Positions 14,615-29,477 of a stretch of DNA of 64,000 bases are shown here, in pieces. The position numbers and the translations under genes are program-made. The DNA comes from Octopus vulgaris (Eukaryota), in assembly GCA_951406725.2 (NCBI GenBank), contig OX597832.1, forward strand, positions 9,362,001-9,426,000, read 5' to 3'. Below the pieces are notes generated by a model that was given only the letters and a program-made list of their open reading frames with translations, was not told the DNA's origin and did no database searches. The number at the start of each line of letters is the position of its first letter. Within the stretch, counting starts at the first letter, position 1.

Positions 14615-15479
14615 GAGACACACGCAAACGTACACACTCACACGTACGCACACCTATACACACGACACACACACACACACATACAAGCACACACATACAT
14701 ATATTCAATAATATATGTGTGAAGTGAGATACAAACTGACAGACAGATTGGTTTATACAGACATATATTTGCATATATAGCATGCGGATAAAATTCAATG
14801 AAATCTAAATTACAACTATATACTGTACGGAATTCCTAGTTGGAACGAAAACGGACAGAAAATTGAATAATGCATAAAAATTATATAATTTAGTTGATTC
14901 GATGAAATTCAAATTTCACACTCAAATGCATAATACTGTTTTCTTTCAAGATGATTTCTTTTTTTTTATTGCAAAGGAGATGTGAGATCACTGACCCAAC
15001 ATTTCTCCGCTAAGTCATTTGAGATTTGCCATTTACCGGAAGAATTCTTTGTAGAGTAGAATGCGTTAAGAAATTGAATAGAGTAAGCTGTATTCCGGTT
15101 GAAATGAGCCCCCACATTGAAAGCGCAGCTTGAGTGAAACTGCATATAAATATTCTACAGCAATTACATATCTGCTATGCCGTGTTATATGGCATGCATG
15201 ACTAAATATAATAAGGTCAGACTTTGCATGCCGTACATGCGTGAGGTGACACTTGCTGAAATAACTCGCAGTGAGTCCCTTGTAAAAATATTGGCTGAAT
15301 AAAACAAAAAGGAGCAGCTTTGCAGAGAAGAGAGAAAAGGGCAACATCAAGGACATTATGATTTACCCCGATCAGCTAATCGCCCATTCAGGCTCTGTGT
15401 TTGTTTGTTTTTCCAAATCATGGCTCGCGGAACATGCAATAAACGTGAACAACCGCCTCCATAAATCTTCACTCGCGAA

Positions 15480-15559
15480 GCCAAGTCGTTATCGTCGACG
15501 TTGTCATCGTCATCAGGATCATCATTTTCGTCCGCTTCGTCATAGTTTGCGGCATCGAC

Positions 15560-15594
<35 letters not shown>

Positions 15595-15690
15595 GATCGT
15601 CACCGTCGTCGTCGTCGTCGTCGTCATCATCATCATCATCAGCATCATCATCATCATCCTCATCATCATCATCATCACCATTATCCTCAC
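15480..15690. repeat. Degenerate (CAT)n/(CGT)n trinucleotide repeat
   Basis: Direct reading; explains the poly-D/H/M ORFs. Confidence 0.9.
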
Positions 15691-17941
15691 ATGTAGTGTT
15701 ACAACTGAAAGGAAACAACATTACATTGCCTATCTTAAGATGCAACTCAATGTATTATCTAACATATGACCATACGCAGAGGTAGAATACAACAGTATTC
15801 ATAATATAGCCACTATGAAATTCCATTCATGTTTCTATGTCTAATTCGTGTCACATTCTTACTTGCATCTAGAGTTCTCGAGTATGAAGTCGGCCTCTCA
15901 TATACATCGAGTTCATAGACAGATATAATATTTTCTATTGTCAGCCCGATATATAATTCTGCACAAGGGTAGAGTAGTTGATATGGAGCAGGCAAGGTTC
16001 TCCTTAAATGATGACTAAGGAGTTGCAAGGTTGATCTACTTGTGTATATTCGAGTATTTCATAAGCTTCTCAATGACAGATACGGGATTTGTTTTCGTGT
16101 CTACCATAATTTTTATCGATGATCGTCTGTTTTACTCTGCAATCTAAGCTTATAAATTCGATTAGGAGAATGGTAGAATCAATGTGATAAAATGCGAAAG
16201 TTCCACATAATGAAGAATATATATTAATTCTCCGGAAGATAATTAAGAAGAATTATCTAAAATCTGAATATCTAGTAATCCATGTCAGGCAAATATTAAT
16301 TTCAGCTTGTTTATTAATGTGGAACTTGTTTTATCGCTTAATTGCATTATTTCAGTAAGTCTAGTGTTACAGACATCACTAATTACCATTACCATTAGCG
16401 GAAAATAAATCAACAGCAAACTTTGACCAAGGGTGATCGCAAGACTTATATCATGGGGCAGCAATGGTTGTTTAGTGTTCTGAATTTGGTCCATATCTTA
16501 CATTTTCAACGCATTCTTGAATTTGTAAACCACTGTGTGGCCAACATAGTACATCTTAGGTTGGGTTTTCTGCTTACTTGTTGCAATGCCATAGTGTGAT
16601 TTTTTAATCTTTCTCACTGTCTCTCTCCCAAGCGATTCAATGAATATCACTGTGTCTGTTTTGAAAGGAAATTTTATCACGGAATTCACTGTTTTAAATG
16701 ATGTATATCATGCAATTTTTGATTTTGGGCAACGCTTTAGCAAACTGAAATATAGTTTTGTGAGATTAGTACTTTTGTTGCTATCTCTGAGAAGGAGAGA
16801 GAAAGAAAAGGAAAGAGAAAGAGAGACAGACAGATAGAAAGAGGCAGGCTGAGAGAGAGAGAGTGTCAGCTAAAATGAAAATGCTCTCACATTTGTAAGT
16901 GACTCGGTGAAAATATGTTAAGCTAGAGTCCAGTTGAAACGAATAACCCATTCATTTCAATATTACTAGCGTTTTACTCAAATTAGAATAAGTTTGAAAT
17001 GCATAACCTGTTTGATGGTATCCAGTATTAAAGGCCTTACTGGAGATGATAGTGCTGTGATAGGGTACGAATAATATTACACCATGCATAACAAATACTT
17101 CCAATATAGTTCTCTCTGCAAAGCATATTTAAAGAAATAGAGATGAGATTATTAACAAAAACCTAGATGCATGTGTATTGCTTAATTCAGAAAAAAAGCT
17201 GAAGTGTTTCTAGAAGAAAATAAACAAATAAGCAAACACCAATGTGGTGAATAGTAAAAAATAAAGACTATAATTTTGAGACATTACAATATAAGTTAAT
17301 TGTAGCATCAGATCTTTTTCAGTTTCTGTCTATTACTCAGGGAAAAAAAAACTCCAATTTCTCAACGTATTGTATCGTATCAATTCTCTTAACTGTATGT
17401 AGATTTTTTTATAAAACATTCACTCTTTCCTTAGGTCTCAAATTCTACAGAAAGCACAAAATATTAAAAAATTATAATAAAAACAACGGGAACGGTATGG
17501 TTTGTGATCAATTTCAACCATGCTTTCGTGCTGAAAATCGGAATATGGCTTATAAGAATATGGCTTGTAACTCCTTATTTATTAGCTGGTAACTATTCCC
17601 GTTTTTCCATTAGTGCAATAAATAAGACACATATTTTGAGTTGTGTGAAGTTGGTGGTTTCTTTATGACTTGCTAGGAAACCCTGTATTCAACCATATGG
17701 CGCAATATTAGTTTTTGCGTCATAATTCATATATATATATATATATATATATTGGTACAAGGAATTGAAATTGTATGTTCAAATTTATTATGAATGTCGT
17801 ATGTCAGAGATAAACAGAAACCTGGTTTGCGCGTGTTTATTTTCTGTATATTCATTGATAGATCTCATACATACAGGAGATTCACTAAAAGACTACTCTG
17901 GTAAGTATATGTAAAAAAAGTGCGGGTGATGTCTGTCTCTG

Positions 17942-17994
<53 letters not shown>

Positions 17995-19483
17995 CGTGTG
18001 TGTGTTTGCGTGTGTGTGTATGCATACACATATTTATATATACATACAAACATAAACAGACAAGCACATGCACCTACACACACACACTACTAGGCTTGCT
18101 TTTACATGTCTTAATGTGTTTATTCACATGCTTATGCAGACACCATCACGCATTGTCGTCAGCGTATTACAACAATCTGTTCATCCTATATCTCATCTAA
18201 TTATTGGGCAACATTATGCTTTATTTAATTAGCTACCACCATTAAATCGAATCGTTTTTCACTCATTTAAGCAGAAAACATGGAATATTTTTCGACCCCA
18301 CTACATGAATAGAAATTATTTTTAACATTCTCGAAAGGATGAAAGGTAAGAATGTGAAGCCAAAAGAAATACCGCTAAGCATTTTGTCTGGGATGTTAAC
18401 GATTGTGCCAGGTCGAAGCCTACGCCACTATTATTAACCTTAGGGGCCACCCGGTAGCTGATTCTTCGAAAATTATGTGTATAAAAAACCACTAGTTGAG
18501 TAATTGTCGACGTAGAGGATCTGTATCGCTTACCCAGCGGAGAATGTTGCAAACAGATCCAAATGTCGAATCTCTTCATTCATTCTTTATATCTTTATCC
18601 ACAGTGAGACGCGAAGGACATACGAATAGCTATAGGTCAGTTTATTGATTAAGTCGTTTGCACAAATTCGGTTAAGATTGTATCATTATTATTATTTCGA
18701 CAGAGACACATACATATCCTTTCAATCATTTGTGTATACATCGTGTGTATGTGTATATCCGACTTAATGTGTGTGTATGTGTTTGTGTAACGTTTCAAAC
18801 CGTAAACAGGTCAAATGTACACTGTGTATTCCATATTATACAGAACGGAATTTAGATTAGAACACAAGATTCATATTTTACAAGTGGCTTCTGAGCTAAT
18901 GCTTTAAAGTTTATTCAGACACGAAAATTTGTTTTGCCGTATAAATTGTTGAACATCAATATAACTGAGTTTCCACTGTATCGTTTTCAATCGCATGAGA
19001 GAAAATAATTTCTCAGATACTACAAATTTCAGCATTACTACTGCTAAAATTGTAACTTCTTATCAATGCTTCGGATTATTTTGAAAATAACAATTGTCTC
19101 TGATGCCAATTGCATTATATTTATATAAAAAAATTTTCTTCTGTCACCTTCTATACTTTAGAGAGCTAAACATTTTCTTTAACTTCATTGTCAGATTGGC
19201 CTACTGTTTTTAAATATATTGCAAATAATTTTATGTCTCACTCTATCAAAATTTACGCCAGCCCAATATATAGAAACAATGGCTGATGATATATATGTCG
19301 AAAATCATATAATATTTTGTGAAAAATGTTTAGTGGACGACAACTTTGATAATTTTAACTATAAGCAAGTCAAACGAAATTTCAGTTTCCACGCATTCGT
19401 ATCGGAGGTTTTCATATCCATGTACCCATGATTCTCAAATAAATATGATTCTATCGCAACTGCATACAACGTGTAATACATTG

Positions 19484-19590
19484 GGCGTGAAAACTAGTGG
19501 TTATGTCGTTGATTTCACGACATAACTCGCTTGGTCGTGAGTTCGAATCCCGGACAGGGACACTGAATTTTACATTGCTCTAGTCCTGCA
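19484..19590 (+). mobile_element. Degenerate tRNA-derived SINE head
   Basis: A-box-like CTAGTGG and B box GAGTTCGAATCCC followed by SINE-like ACATTGCTCTAGTCC. Confidence 0.5.
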
Positions 19591-22500
19591 TGGAGGGTGG
19601 CATGCCATAGAATATTCCGAATGTTTCCGAAGTGTGTCGTAGAAAGCGATTAAAACGTTAAAGTAATATTTGTATTTTGATCTCGTAAATCATTCACCCG
19701 CAACGACAACCCAAACTAACCAATGGGATGGGGGTTTGTAGCCTGAGTGGTGGAAAGGTAGTAGGGTATTAGGAAGAAATTGTGGATGCAATGACGCATT
19801 TTCCCACGAGACTACTGCTGTTGTGTGAAGTTTAGAAATCTTTATCATGGTGATCTCTTCTGGGGTGGGGGAAGGATATTGATTGAATTGCGATACATAA
19901 AATTGTGTTAGCATATGTATTTCTTATAATAACGATCCAATGGTCGATTAAATTCTTTCAATATATAGTATGAATTGCATCCGTTTAATGAACCTGAAAG
20001 CATTACAATATTATTTCCATGCCGATGACCGTGCTACTTACTGCCTGTTTATTGGAATGTAAACTTAAATAAGGACGTGCAATGCTTGGTGAAATAACAA
20101 AAGAGCATGAAGATATAGTGCAAAATTTGACATAAAATGACAGGGAGCAGAATATCGGATGTGATGTTCCGCTACTCATAAAGTCTATCACACTGTCTTA
20201 GCATCACCTAGTAGAAGGGCAGGACGTCATTTTCCGTAAACAAACTGTCAGTCAGTCGTACGTCTAATACTTTACAACTGAGCTGACTGTAGTAATACAA
20301 TATGAAGCGATTCGCTCAAGAACACAGCACAAGACCAGTCTGGGAATTTGAACATCGATTTCGCAATCATGAATGCAGCACATTAAAACCCTACTAATTA
20401 AGCTAAACGATTCCATAGAAAACCACACACATACATACAGACATACAAACCCACTCTGACACATACATACTATGTTGGTTGAGTATTTCTCTTGCCACAC
20501 CGAGTTTCACTTTATACATATATATATACATACATATATATATAACATATAACATATATATATATATAACTTAGGGTTTTAGATTTTAAAACATATATGC
20601 GTAGTTAAATATATGGATCATTTGTACATATAGGTAGTGATAAATTTGAGAGAGTTAGAGAGAGAGAGAGGGGGGAAGAGAAAGAAAGAAACAGTAACAC
20701 GATTGATACATATTTACACATGCAAACACAACACACACATCTATATATACTTATGTCTATATGCTTATGTATATTCGTATGCGTATCTTGCAACAGCGGA
20801 AAGTTTCAATATAACAGATTGTAAGTGAATGGATTAATTGAACGATGGGAAACAATACTAATTGTTGTATAACATTTATTAAATTCCTTGATGAACTTTG
20901 TATTATTATACATACTTTCTTACATATGCGCAAAAATAAAAGATGAACCGCAATTATACGATGTTCGTATAATTATATGAGTGTTTTTCTCACGACTACA
21001 GTAACCCTAAAAATACTTGAGATATAGAAATTATATGCATTGAATAAAATAAATCTTTATCGCTAACTAAGTGTTTAAATACCATGGCCAAGAGTCGTAA
21101 AATGGGAGGGCCTGTAAGATAATAAATCGAGAATGTCATTATTTACACAATAAATATAACGTTTTTATTATAAATGTCATTCTGTATCGCAACATCTTAG
21201 CAATGTTGTAGACAAGACTGATGTGTTCGAGGTTGTGAAGTACATTGTTGTAGAGACTCTGTAGAAGCAACAACATATGTGGAAGTATGTGTCTGTAACA
21301 GCCTAAACTCTTGATTCGAATATGACTGCTCTTTTGATCATCATATAATCAAGCAAGTAAATATCAGTTATGCATTGCAGGAATGCTGTTTAAATTTTTG
21401 AAAATCTATGTCAGTATCATAAAATCTATTTGTTCTCACTGTTAGTAAAACGAATATATTTCTCGCCAGCAAACATATCAATGGAAAGAAATTTCCATTG
21501 CTTAATATGTTATCATGATGAAGTTTTCTGATTTTTCTTTCAGTCTGTAAATGCTTTTAAAATTCCAGATAATCAGTGTAAGCGTATCACAGATTTGATT
21601 TGCCTAAGTTTATTTATTTAATTTTGTCTTAGCTTTTATATATCTCAAAAATAACGTGTGACGCAAACGATTATTAACTGAAGCTTCAAGATAAAAAGAA
21701 TATAATTCGTTCAAAGATTTGTATCAACTGTAGCTGGGAAATATATAATTAAAGTTATATTGCAACGTTATTCAACTTTTCAATTAACATTGACAAGAGA
21801 CGAAGCAGGAAACTGAGAGAGAATGTTGCACAGGCAGTGAGAGAGCAAGAGATAGCTGATTAACTGGGTAAACATCACTTTCACATGACTACACATTTCA
21901 ACTTGAACATGAAAGTCAGATAAATTAAAAGTAAACAATGACGATAAAGATATCTTCTAAACAATTAATTTGATAACATTTTTTAATTTAATATCCATAA
22001 ACTATAATTAAATAAATAAATGGTTCAGATTTAAAATAAACACCAAAAATATTTTTAAAAAAAATTATCAGGTGAGCGTTTTATTTAATTTTATACAAGT
22101 TTATAATATTATTAAAATATGATGATGCAGTAGACTCAAGAAAATTTTCAAGGACGTATGCAAGGTGAGTGGTCTTCAAAATGTATTCGCGTTCCAATTA
22201 TTTATAAAATTTCGAAATATTAATTAACTGACGAAATTATTAGCATTTAAATATTAATTATCAGACCTGAACATATCATACTTGCCACAGCTTCAAGCGA
22301 CGCGGCAGTTAGAATTTTAATAAGCAGTTTCAAAATTTAACCTGTATTATGTTTCCTTTGTCAAAAACGAAATGCAAAATGGAAATGAAAATTATTTCCA
22401 GGTCTAGAGAATTTATGGTAAAAGAGAAAAAAAGATATTTATAGACTTGAATGATTTTTCCAGACATGTCAGTAGTGTGTATAGAAATCTAAGGTCAAAT

Positions 22501-22659
22501 GTCAAATACTTAGAAATGTTCTACTCATTCTTCCCCTCAGTTTGAAAGAAAATAGAAGTTATATAATGATTTTCACATTGGCGTAAGGTAATTTAAACTC
22601 ATGGGGCTCGTTTGACTGTCATTATATACATACATACATACATAAATACACACACACAC

Positions 22660-22710
<51 letters not shown>

Positions 22711-22712
<2 letters not shown>

Positions 22713-24050
22713 AAATGAGACAACAAAACATCCCGATAGACGATGCAAAGAAAACAAGGATGGAAGATACAGACGTTACACAAATACAATAAAGATTGTA
22801 ACAGGACATAACAACATGTGTCTTTCGACTAAGGACAAATTAAATTAAGCTGGCGTGTGTGGAAATGAAGGGATAGAAGATTTCACAAACACAGGAAGGA
22901 ATATCGATGTTGCACGAGATTCCAAAAATTCGAGAAGGTTCAGGATTATATGTCGCCAAAGAATATTCATCTTTAATCATGAAAGAGTGCTGGAGGAGAT
23001 GTTCAATAAACCGTTTAGCATTGCATACGGCTCGGAAGAGGTGAATTCACTATGCGAACTGCAGAAACGAGACTACTGTTTGAGTGTGCCAGCAATGTTA
23101 TCTGTTTTGTAAATATTTGAGTATTACTGACTATATGCAAGGAAATTGCACCACAGGAACATGAAAGGGTGAAAAAAACTCCACAATATGTATAGGAATG
23201 TGGAGCAGCTACTCCAAAGATATCACAATTTGTGTAGTGGCAGTATGGATATAATTTCTCTCTACCCATCTACAGACATAAATTCTGCCGTGGAAAATGC
23301 ATTGAGATTATCTGTGAGAGCGAAGTAGAGTTCCATGATGTGAAAGCGAGGGAACTAGGCTTCCTCCTAAAAATTGAGCTTTGACTGTAACTCCCTAGAC
23401 AAAGATGATCTTAGTAGATTCCAACCTACCAGGTCACAGAAAGGAAGACCACCCACCACCACCACCACCACCACCACCGCCACCACCACCAGCACCACGG
23501 CCGTGAAGAAAAGCACCACAGAGTTGACCATACCCATGCGGGAACTGGGGAACAAGAGTCAGGCGAAAAGAATGATTGCTCATGCAATAGGTGCTAGCAT
23601 ATGAACTGCCTTGGAGAACCACATTGTAAAGTTTAACAAGAAACTATAAATGCAGGTTCAATGTGTAACCATTAGTGTCGGTGTGGCTGGAGATGTGGCC
23701 GACCTCTTCATAACCCTGTGGGACGGAAACTTAAACAATCCTTAGCTGAACAATCCACAACTGTTTTGCTTTACTGTAGGTATGTGGATGACATTAATAT
23801 TCTATTTAGGACAAACTATAGTAAGTGTAATGTAGGAATTGTGTAAAACATAACCAAAACATCTAGCACGTAACTAACTCCATCCACCAAAGTATCAAGG
23901 TAACTATGGATTACCCCACTAGGCACCCTAACAATAGACCCCCTGTCCTTGATACTGGACTTTGTTTAGAGACTGTCAAGAATAGAGAATAGCTTCTCCA
24001 ATTACATGAAACACATAGCTACTAAATAAGTTGTTTACAAGAACTCTGCA
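22711..24050 (+). mobile_element. Penelope-like element RT remnant with a long motif A-B' spacing (IFD-like)
   Basis: Motif A GSMDIISLYPS (23239); B' NHIVKFNKKL*MQ..GVAGDVADLF (~23615-23710); C LYCRYVDDI (YVDD at 23781-23792); D/E NSIHQSIKVTMDYPTRHPNNRPPVLD; frameshifts and stops; starts after (TA)n. Confidence 0.8.
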
Positions 24051-24110
24051 TGTTTTATATGTAAGCAAACAGATAGATAGGTACAGAAGTAATACGAAAA
24101 GAGGAGAATG

Positions 24111-24152
<42 letters not shown>

Positions 24153-24521
24153 AGAAGGATGAAACACATGACTATATACACACGCACACACTTCACACAC
24201 ACACACACACAAGGACTTATATGGAGACACATATCGATACATGACAAAGGCACGTACATAGTCACACAATACCATACACACAGACACACTCAAACATACA
24301 GTTAGAGATAGAAGTACACACACACACAAACTCAGGCAAAGATATAAAACACACATAGACTCAGGAAAAGATAGAAAACACACACACACAAAAGGACATA
24401 AACATGAGCACACAAACGCATGAATATGCAGAATACTTGCATAAAATTGTGTACACATATACGTATATATGTGCGTACACGTACATGCAGACATGCGAAT
24501 ATACATACACAGTTATGTATA

Positions 24522-24686
24522 GGCGCAGGAGTGGCTGTGTGGTAAGTAGCTTGCTTACCAGCCACATGGTTCCGGGTTCAATCCCACTGCGTGGCACCTT
24601 GGGCAACTGTCTTCTACTATAGCCTCGGGCCGAGCAAAGCCTTGTGAGTGGATTTGGTAGACGGAAACTGAAAGAAGCCCGTCGTA

Positions 24687-24736
<50 letters not shown>

Positions 24737-24955
24737 TGTGTGTGTTTGTGTGTATGTGTTTGTCCCCCTAGTGTTGCTTGACAACCGATGCTGATGTGTT
24801 TATGTCCCCGTTACTTAGCGGTTCGACAAAAGAGAAGGATAGAATAAGTACTGGGCTTATAAAAGAATAAGTCCCGGGGTCGAGTTGCTCGATTAAAGGC
24901 GGTGCTCCAGCATGGCCGCAGTCAAATGACTGAAACAAGTAAAAGGGTAAACGAG
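24522..24955 (+). mobile_element. Full-length tRNA-derived SINE family 1 (A/B boxes, central (TA)n/(TG)n, LINE-like tail)
   Basis: A box GTGGCTGTGTGG, B box GGTTCAATCCC; about ten homologous copies or fragments in the window. Confidence 0.9.
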
Positions 24956-25239
24956 TAACAGAGTAAACACATGCAAACTGATGCGCACACACGTGCACGA
25001 GCAAAGTAAAAGAACGCAGCTCTGATAATCGACAGAAACATCGACTATTCAAATGGTTGCAAGATACAAGGAGAATTTTAGAAAAAATAAACTTTAGGAC
25101 AACTAAATAAGTGTAAATAGAATAGGTGAGTGTGTTACGTAATAAGGCATTAAAGAGAATGACTCTCCCTAGACACAATAAAGTATGCTTCAACACAAGA
25201 ATTCGCACAAAGAATCTTGCAAACAAAATAAAAAAGAAC

Positions 25240-25338
<99 letters not shown>

Positions 25339-25559
25339 ATATATATATATATCATATGTGTGTATGTATGTATGCATATATGAATATTTACAGCGGTATT
25401 AGTCTGCAACAACTTAAAATGAAAAGTTGTATTCTATAGATAAACTCGAAAATTGTCCAGAGTCCAAAGATGAGGATGTTAATGATGTATGTTGTGGGAA
25501 AGCTGATTTATGACCTGAGTGTAATTCGTCACTGGGGAAGTGGTAGAAATAGGTATGGC

Positions 25560-25881
25560 AATATACGAACATACAAAGAAAATTATGTACGAATATATAT
25601 ACACATACATATACATATTCATGAGAAAACAAATGCACACACAGATACACATAAACTCATGTACGCACAGACTAACGCATATATTCACAAACAAACACAC
25701 CTACATATATATATATGCATATGTACACACACACACACACACACATATGCATATATACACACATATATGCATATACACACAGATGCATATGGGTATATAT
25801 ATATATATATCGACATACAGACACACATGCACACGCGCACACACCGCAAATACAAACACGTATAAACACATCATCAAGTAC

Positions 25882-25913
<32 letters not shown>

Positions 25914-26117
25914 GTATATATACAAGTATATTCGTACACATACACATACCCACGCATGCATACGTATATGTGCACAAACACATATACATATATACATGCC
26001 ACAATTATACACCCATACACAGGTATATACATATACGAAAACATACATTCGCATATATTTCTACGCTGCCTTACACACTCACTTACACATATATATATCT
26101 ATATATACATATACATA

Positions 26118-26170
<53 letters not shown>

Positions 26171-26189
26171 TTTACACATATTTACACAT

Positions 26190-26231
<42 letters not shown>

Positions 26232-26250
26232 CCATATATATGTGTACACA
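25560..26250. repeat. Low-complexity (AT)/(AC) mosaic
   Basis: Direct reading; source of the 254-aa pseudo-ORF. Confidence 0.9.
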
Positions 26251-26571
26251 TATGGTTACCCACATACTAACTGCTATCACCTACGTTCACAGGCATTTAT
26301 ATAAATAAATAAATAGCGTGCAAATGGGCAGAGTAATGTAGGTATGAAGAGTGGGAGAATAAAAAGAATATAGCAAAAAAGAAAAACTAAATCGTTAAGG
26401 AAGGGGTCACCAAGTAGCGGAAATACAGATTTATCATGAACGAATTTTGCAGCAGGTATAAATGCCTCCATAATTGAGTATGATGGGATAGTGGTTTCAT
26501 ACGCAGTTGGTTCCCATCGGTAGTAAAAGTAACGAATCGGAGATATATATGTAGACATAAGGAAAGTATTA

Positions 26572-26663
26572 ATTATTTACATTTGACGGCTATTTGTTCA
26601 CATCTTGTATCATTCAGGTCACTACCTGGAATCGAACTCGGAATCTTGGGGTTAGTAGCCCGT
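26572..26663 (-). mobile_element. Inverted, internally deleted copy of the tRNA-HHR SINE
   Basis: Minus strand reads head (B box GAGTTCGATTCC..GTGACCTGAAT) joined directly to the tail ACAAGATGTGAACAAATAGCCGTCAAATGTAAATAA. Confidence 0.75.
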
Positions 26664-27096
<433 letters not shown>

Positions 27097-27134
27097 ATAA
27101 AAAGTTAATTAAAATAAAATATATATATACACTT

Positions 27135-27290
27135 ACTTTAGTTGAACAAATCGCCCCCAAGATTTATTCTTTGTAAGCTTAGTACTTAGGCTATCGGTCT
27201 CTTTTTGCCAAATCCCTAGGCGGAGGGGATACAAACAGAACATCAGTTGTACAGCAATGGTGGGGGACAAACGCAGACATAAATAACAAA
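27135..27290 (-). mobile_element. SINE family 1 3' fragment
   Basis: TTATTCTTTGTAAGCTTAGTACT..CTATCGGTCTCTTTTGCC matches the family. Confidence 0.7.
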
Positions 27291-27416
27291 TACATATATG
27301 CGTATATATATATATATATATATACATATATATGTGTGTGTGTCTAAATTTTAACTTAATAAACAAGTATTAATTATCTCTCTATTTTCGTATCTTATTC
27401 ACACACACACACAGAG

Positions 27417-27468
<52 letters not shown>

Positions 27469-27501
27469 TGATCAAAATAAAAACATGATGCCAATGATTC
27501 A

Positions 27502-27579
27502 GCGGTACATATGTTTCGGGCCTTTATTAGACAGATTTATAACAATGCATAATGTATGTCTGTGGCCTTCTTCAGCCGC
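27502..27579 (-). ncRNA. Type I hammerhead ribozyme, long stem II, A-C mismatch at the base of stem II
   Basis: Minus strand: GCGG-CUGAAGA-AGGCCACAGA..UCUGU..GGCCC-GAAA-CAUAUG-UA-CCGC; palindromic stem III. Confidence 0.75.
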
Positions 27580-28286
27580 GCACAACAGCTTCCACAAGGA
27601 CATGTGTTACATAAAAAATTCTTGGTTGGGGATGCAAATCTTCTCATTCGCGTACGACATAATGCGACAACAGCATAGAATTGAAGCGTCCATCTCTTTC
27701 TTCTCTCAATGTAGAATGAGGAAATTTGGATGTTGAAATAATGTAAATAAATAAATACATATATAGACGTGAAGATGGAGGGGCGAGAATTCAGGACGAG
27801 GGATAAAAAATGTATAAAAAGTGTAAGTATAGAAAAATATAAAAATGTAGAGTATAAAGATATAAAGGGATATAAGGAGATGTAAAGGGGATATAAAGAA
27901 TATAAAGAAATATAAAGAAACATAAATGAATGTAAAGGCATAAGGTTATAAAGTAAAAATAGAAATAGAAATAAAAGTAAAAAGTAAAAAAATAAAAATA
28001 GGAATAAACATGATAAAAATGTAAAAAAATATAAAGATAAGGGATGTATAGAGGTTACGGGCCAAACATGGTGGCCAGGAGATTGATAAAATTTAGTTGT
28101 AGAAGTTTTGGGTGTCAATAAATCAACAGGGTCGTCTGGGGACCTAGTGTGTTGTAAATCAGAGCTGTTGAGCGTCTAATCTAGTTCTTTGAATTAATTG
28201 GTCATCTTGTACATGCATACCATCATGGATACATACACCCATATATACGCGCACATATCCGCGCGCATATCAAGTACTCACCCCGA

Positions 28287-28353
<67 letters not shown>

Positions 28354-28354
28354 T

Positions 28355-28480
28355 TAACTCACAAGCATTTGGTCGACCCGAATCTGTTGTAGAAGATACA
28401 TACACAAGGTCACCACGCAGTTGGACTGAGCCTGGAACCATGTAGTTAGAAATCAAGCTTTTTACCCCTTGGCCACTCTT
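28355..28480 (-). mobile_element. SINE family 1 5' fragment, degenerate
   Basis: ACTCACAAG..GGTCGACCCGA..CCACGCAGTTGGACTGAGCCTGGAACCATGT matches the reverse complement of the family head. Confidence 0.65.
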
Positions 28481-28896
28481 GTATGTTATATAATGTTTAT
28501 TCGAACCATCTTCATACAAATATGAGTACAACTCGCGTGAATAAATGAGAATTATCTCCTTATGTAATATTCGATAATCACGCCATCAGAATTCTGACCA
28601 CTAGAAATCTGACTTTTATTGTACTTATACGTATTTATAGCAATTCCTTAAAACATTGACATGAAACTGGCGACATATTATCGATTTTATTATTTTTTTT
28701 ACAAAAGTGTAATAACTTATCCGATAAAGATTTCACTAATTGAAGATTCTAGAGCGCAAACACATAGTGAGGTTTTGTGATATTAACATCGAAATAAAAA
28801 CACACATGGGGATATGTATTCATGAACAACGATACCACGAATCATACATAGAAACACAGGCACACGGACCGATATATACTTTCATGCATGCATAGG

Positions 28897-28943
<47 letters not shown>

Positions 28944-29477
28944 TTCAGTATGTTTACCTCGTGAAGACCACCTTTTGTGTTGTTGTCTTTTTTGTTTTCT
29001 TGTTTGGATTAACTTTATATATATATATATATAATATCCCATATATATATATATATATATATAATATCCCATATAGTTGTATGCCATTTTTTATTGTCAA
29101 ACATTTTATTTGTAAAAACAATTATCTAATTAAAGACAATACAACCACTAACTCTAACAATGAAGACATTAATGCTGCTATTTGATATATATAGTCTGAA
29201 CATGTATGTTCCGCAAGGCATCATTTTTAGCATAAATTCTTCGATTATTAGAAGTGTTAACGCAATATTTTTCTATTTTTCATACGCAACTTTGATTTAA
29301 AGTACATAGAACATTATTATATTAAGTAAAACTTCCAATCCTCTCACAAATACCAATGGTTCCAGCATAAAGTTTTGCTTAAGATATATTAAACCTCAAT
29401 CCAATTACGATTACGTTTTTATAGTAAATACTTACATTAATATTATCTCTTGCTCTAAGCGAGATATAAGTGTCATA

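Noticed and set aside
15356-15745. Acidic poly-Asp ORF / poly-His ORF
   Set aside because: A (CAT)n repeat open in several frames; no recognisable flanking protein sequence or clear splice context
19280-19315. CTGATGA..GAAA hammerhead-like core
   Set aside because: No pairing for stems I or II
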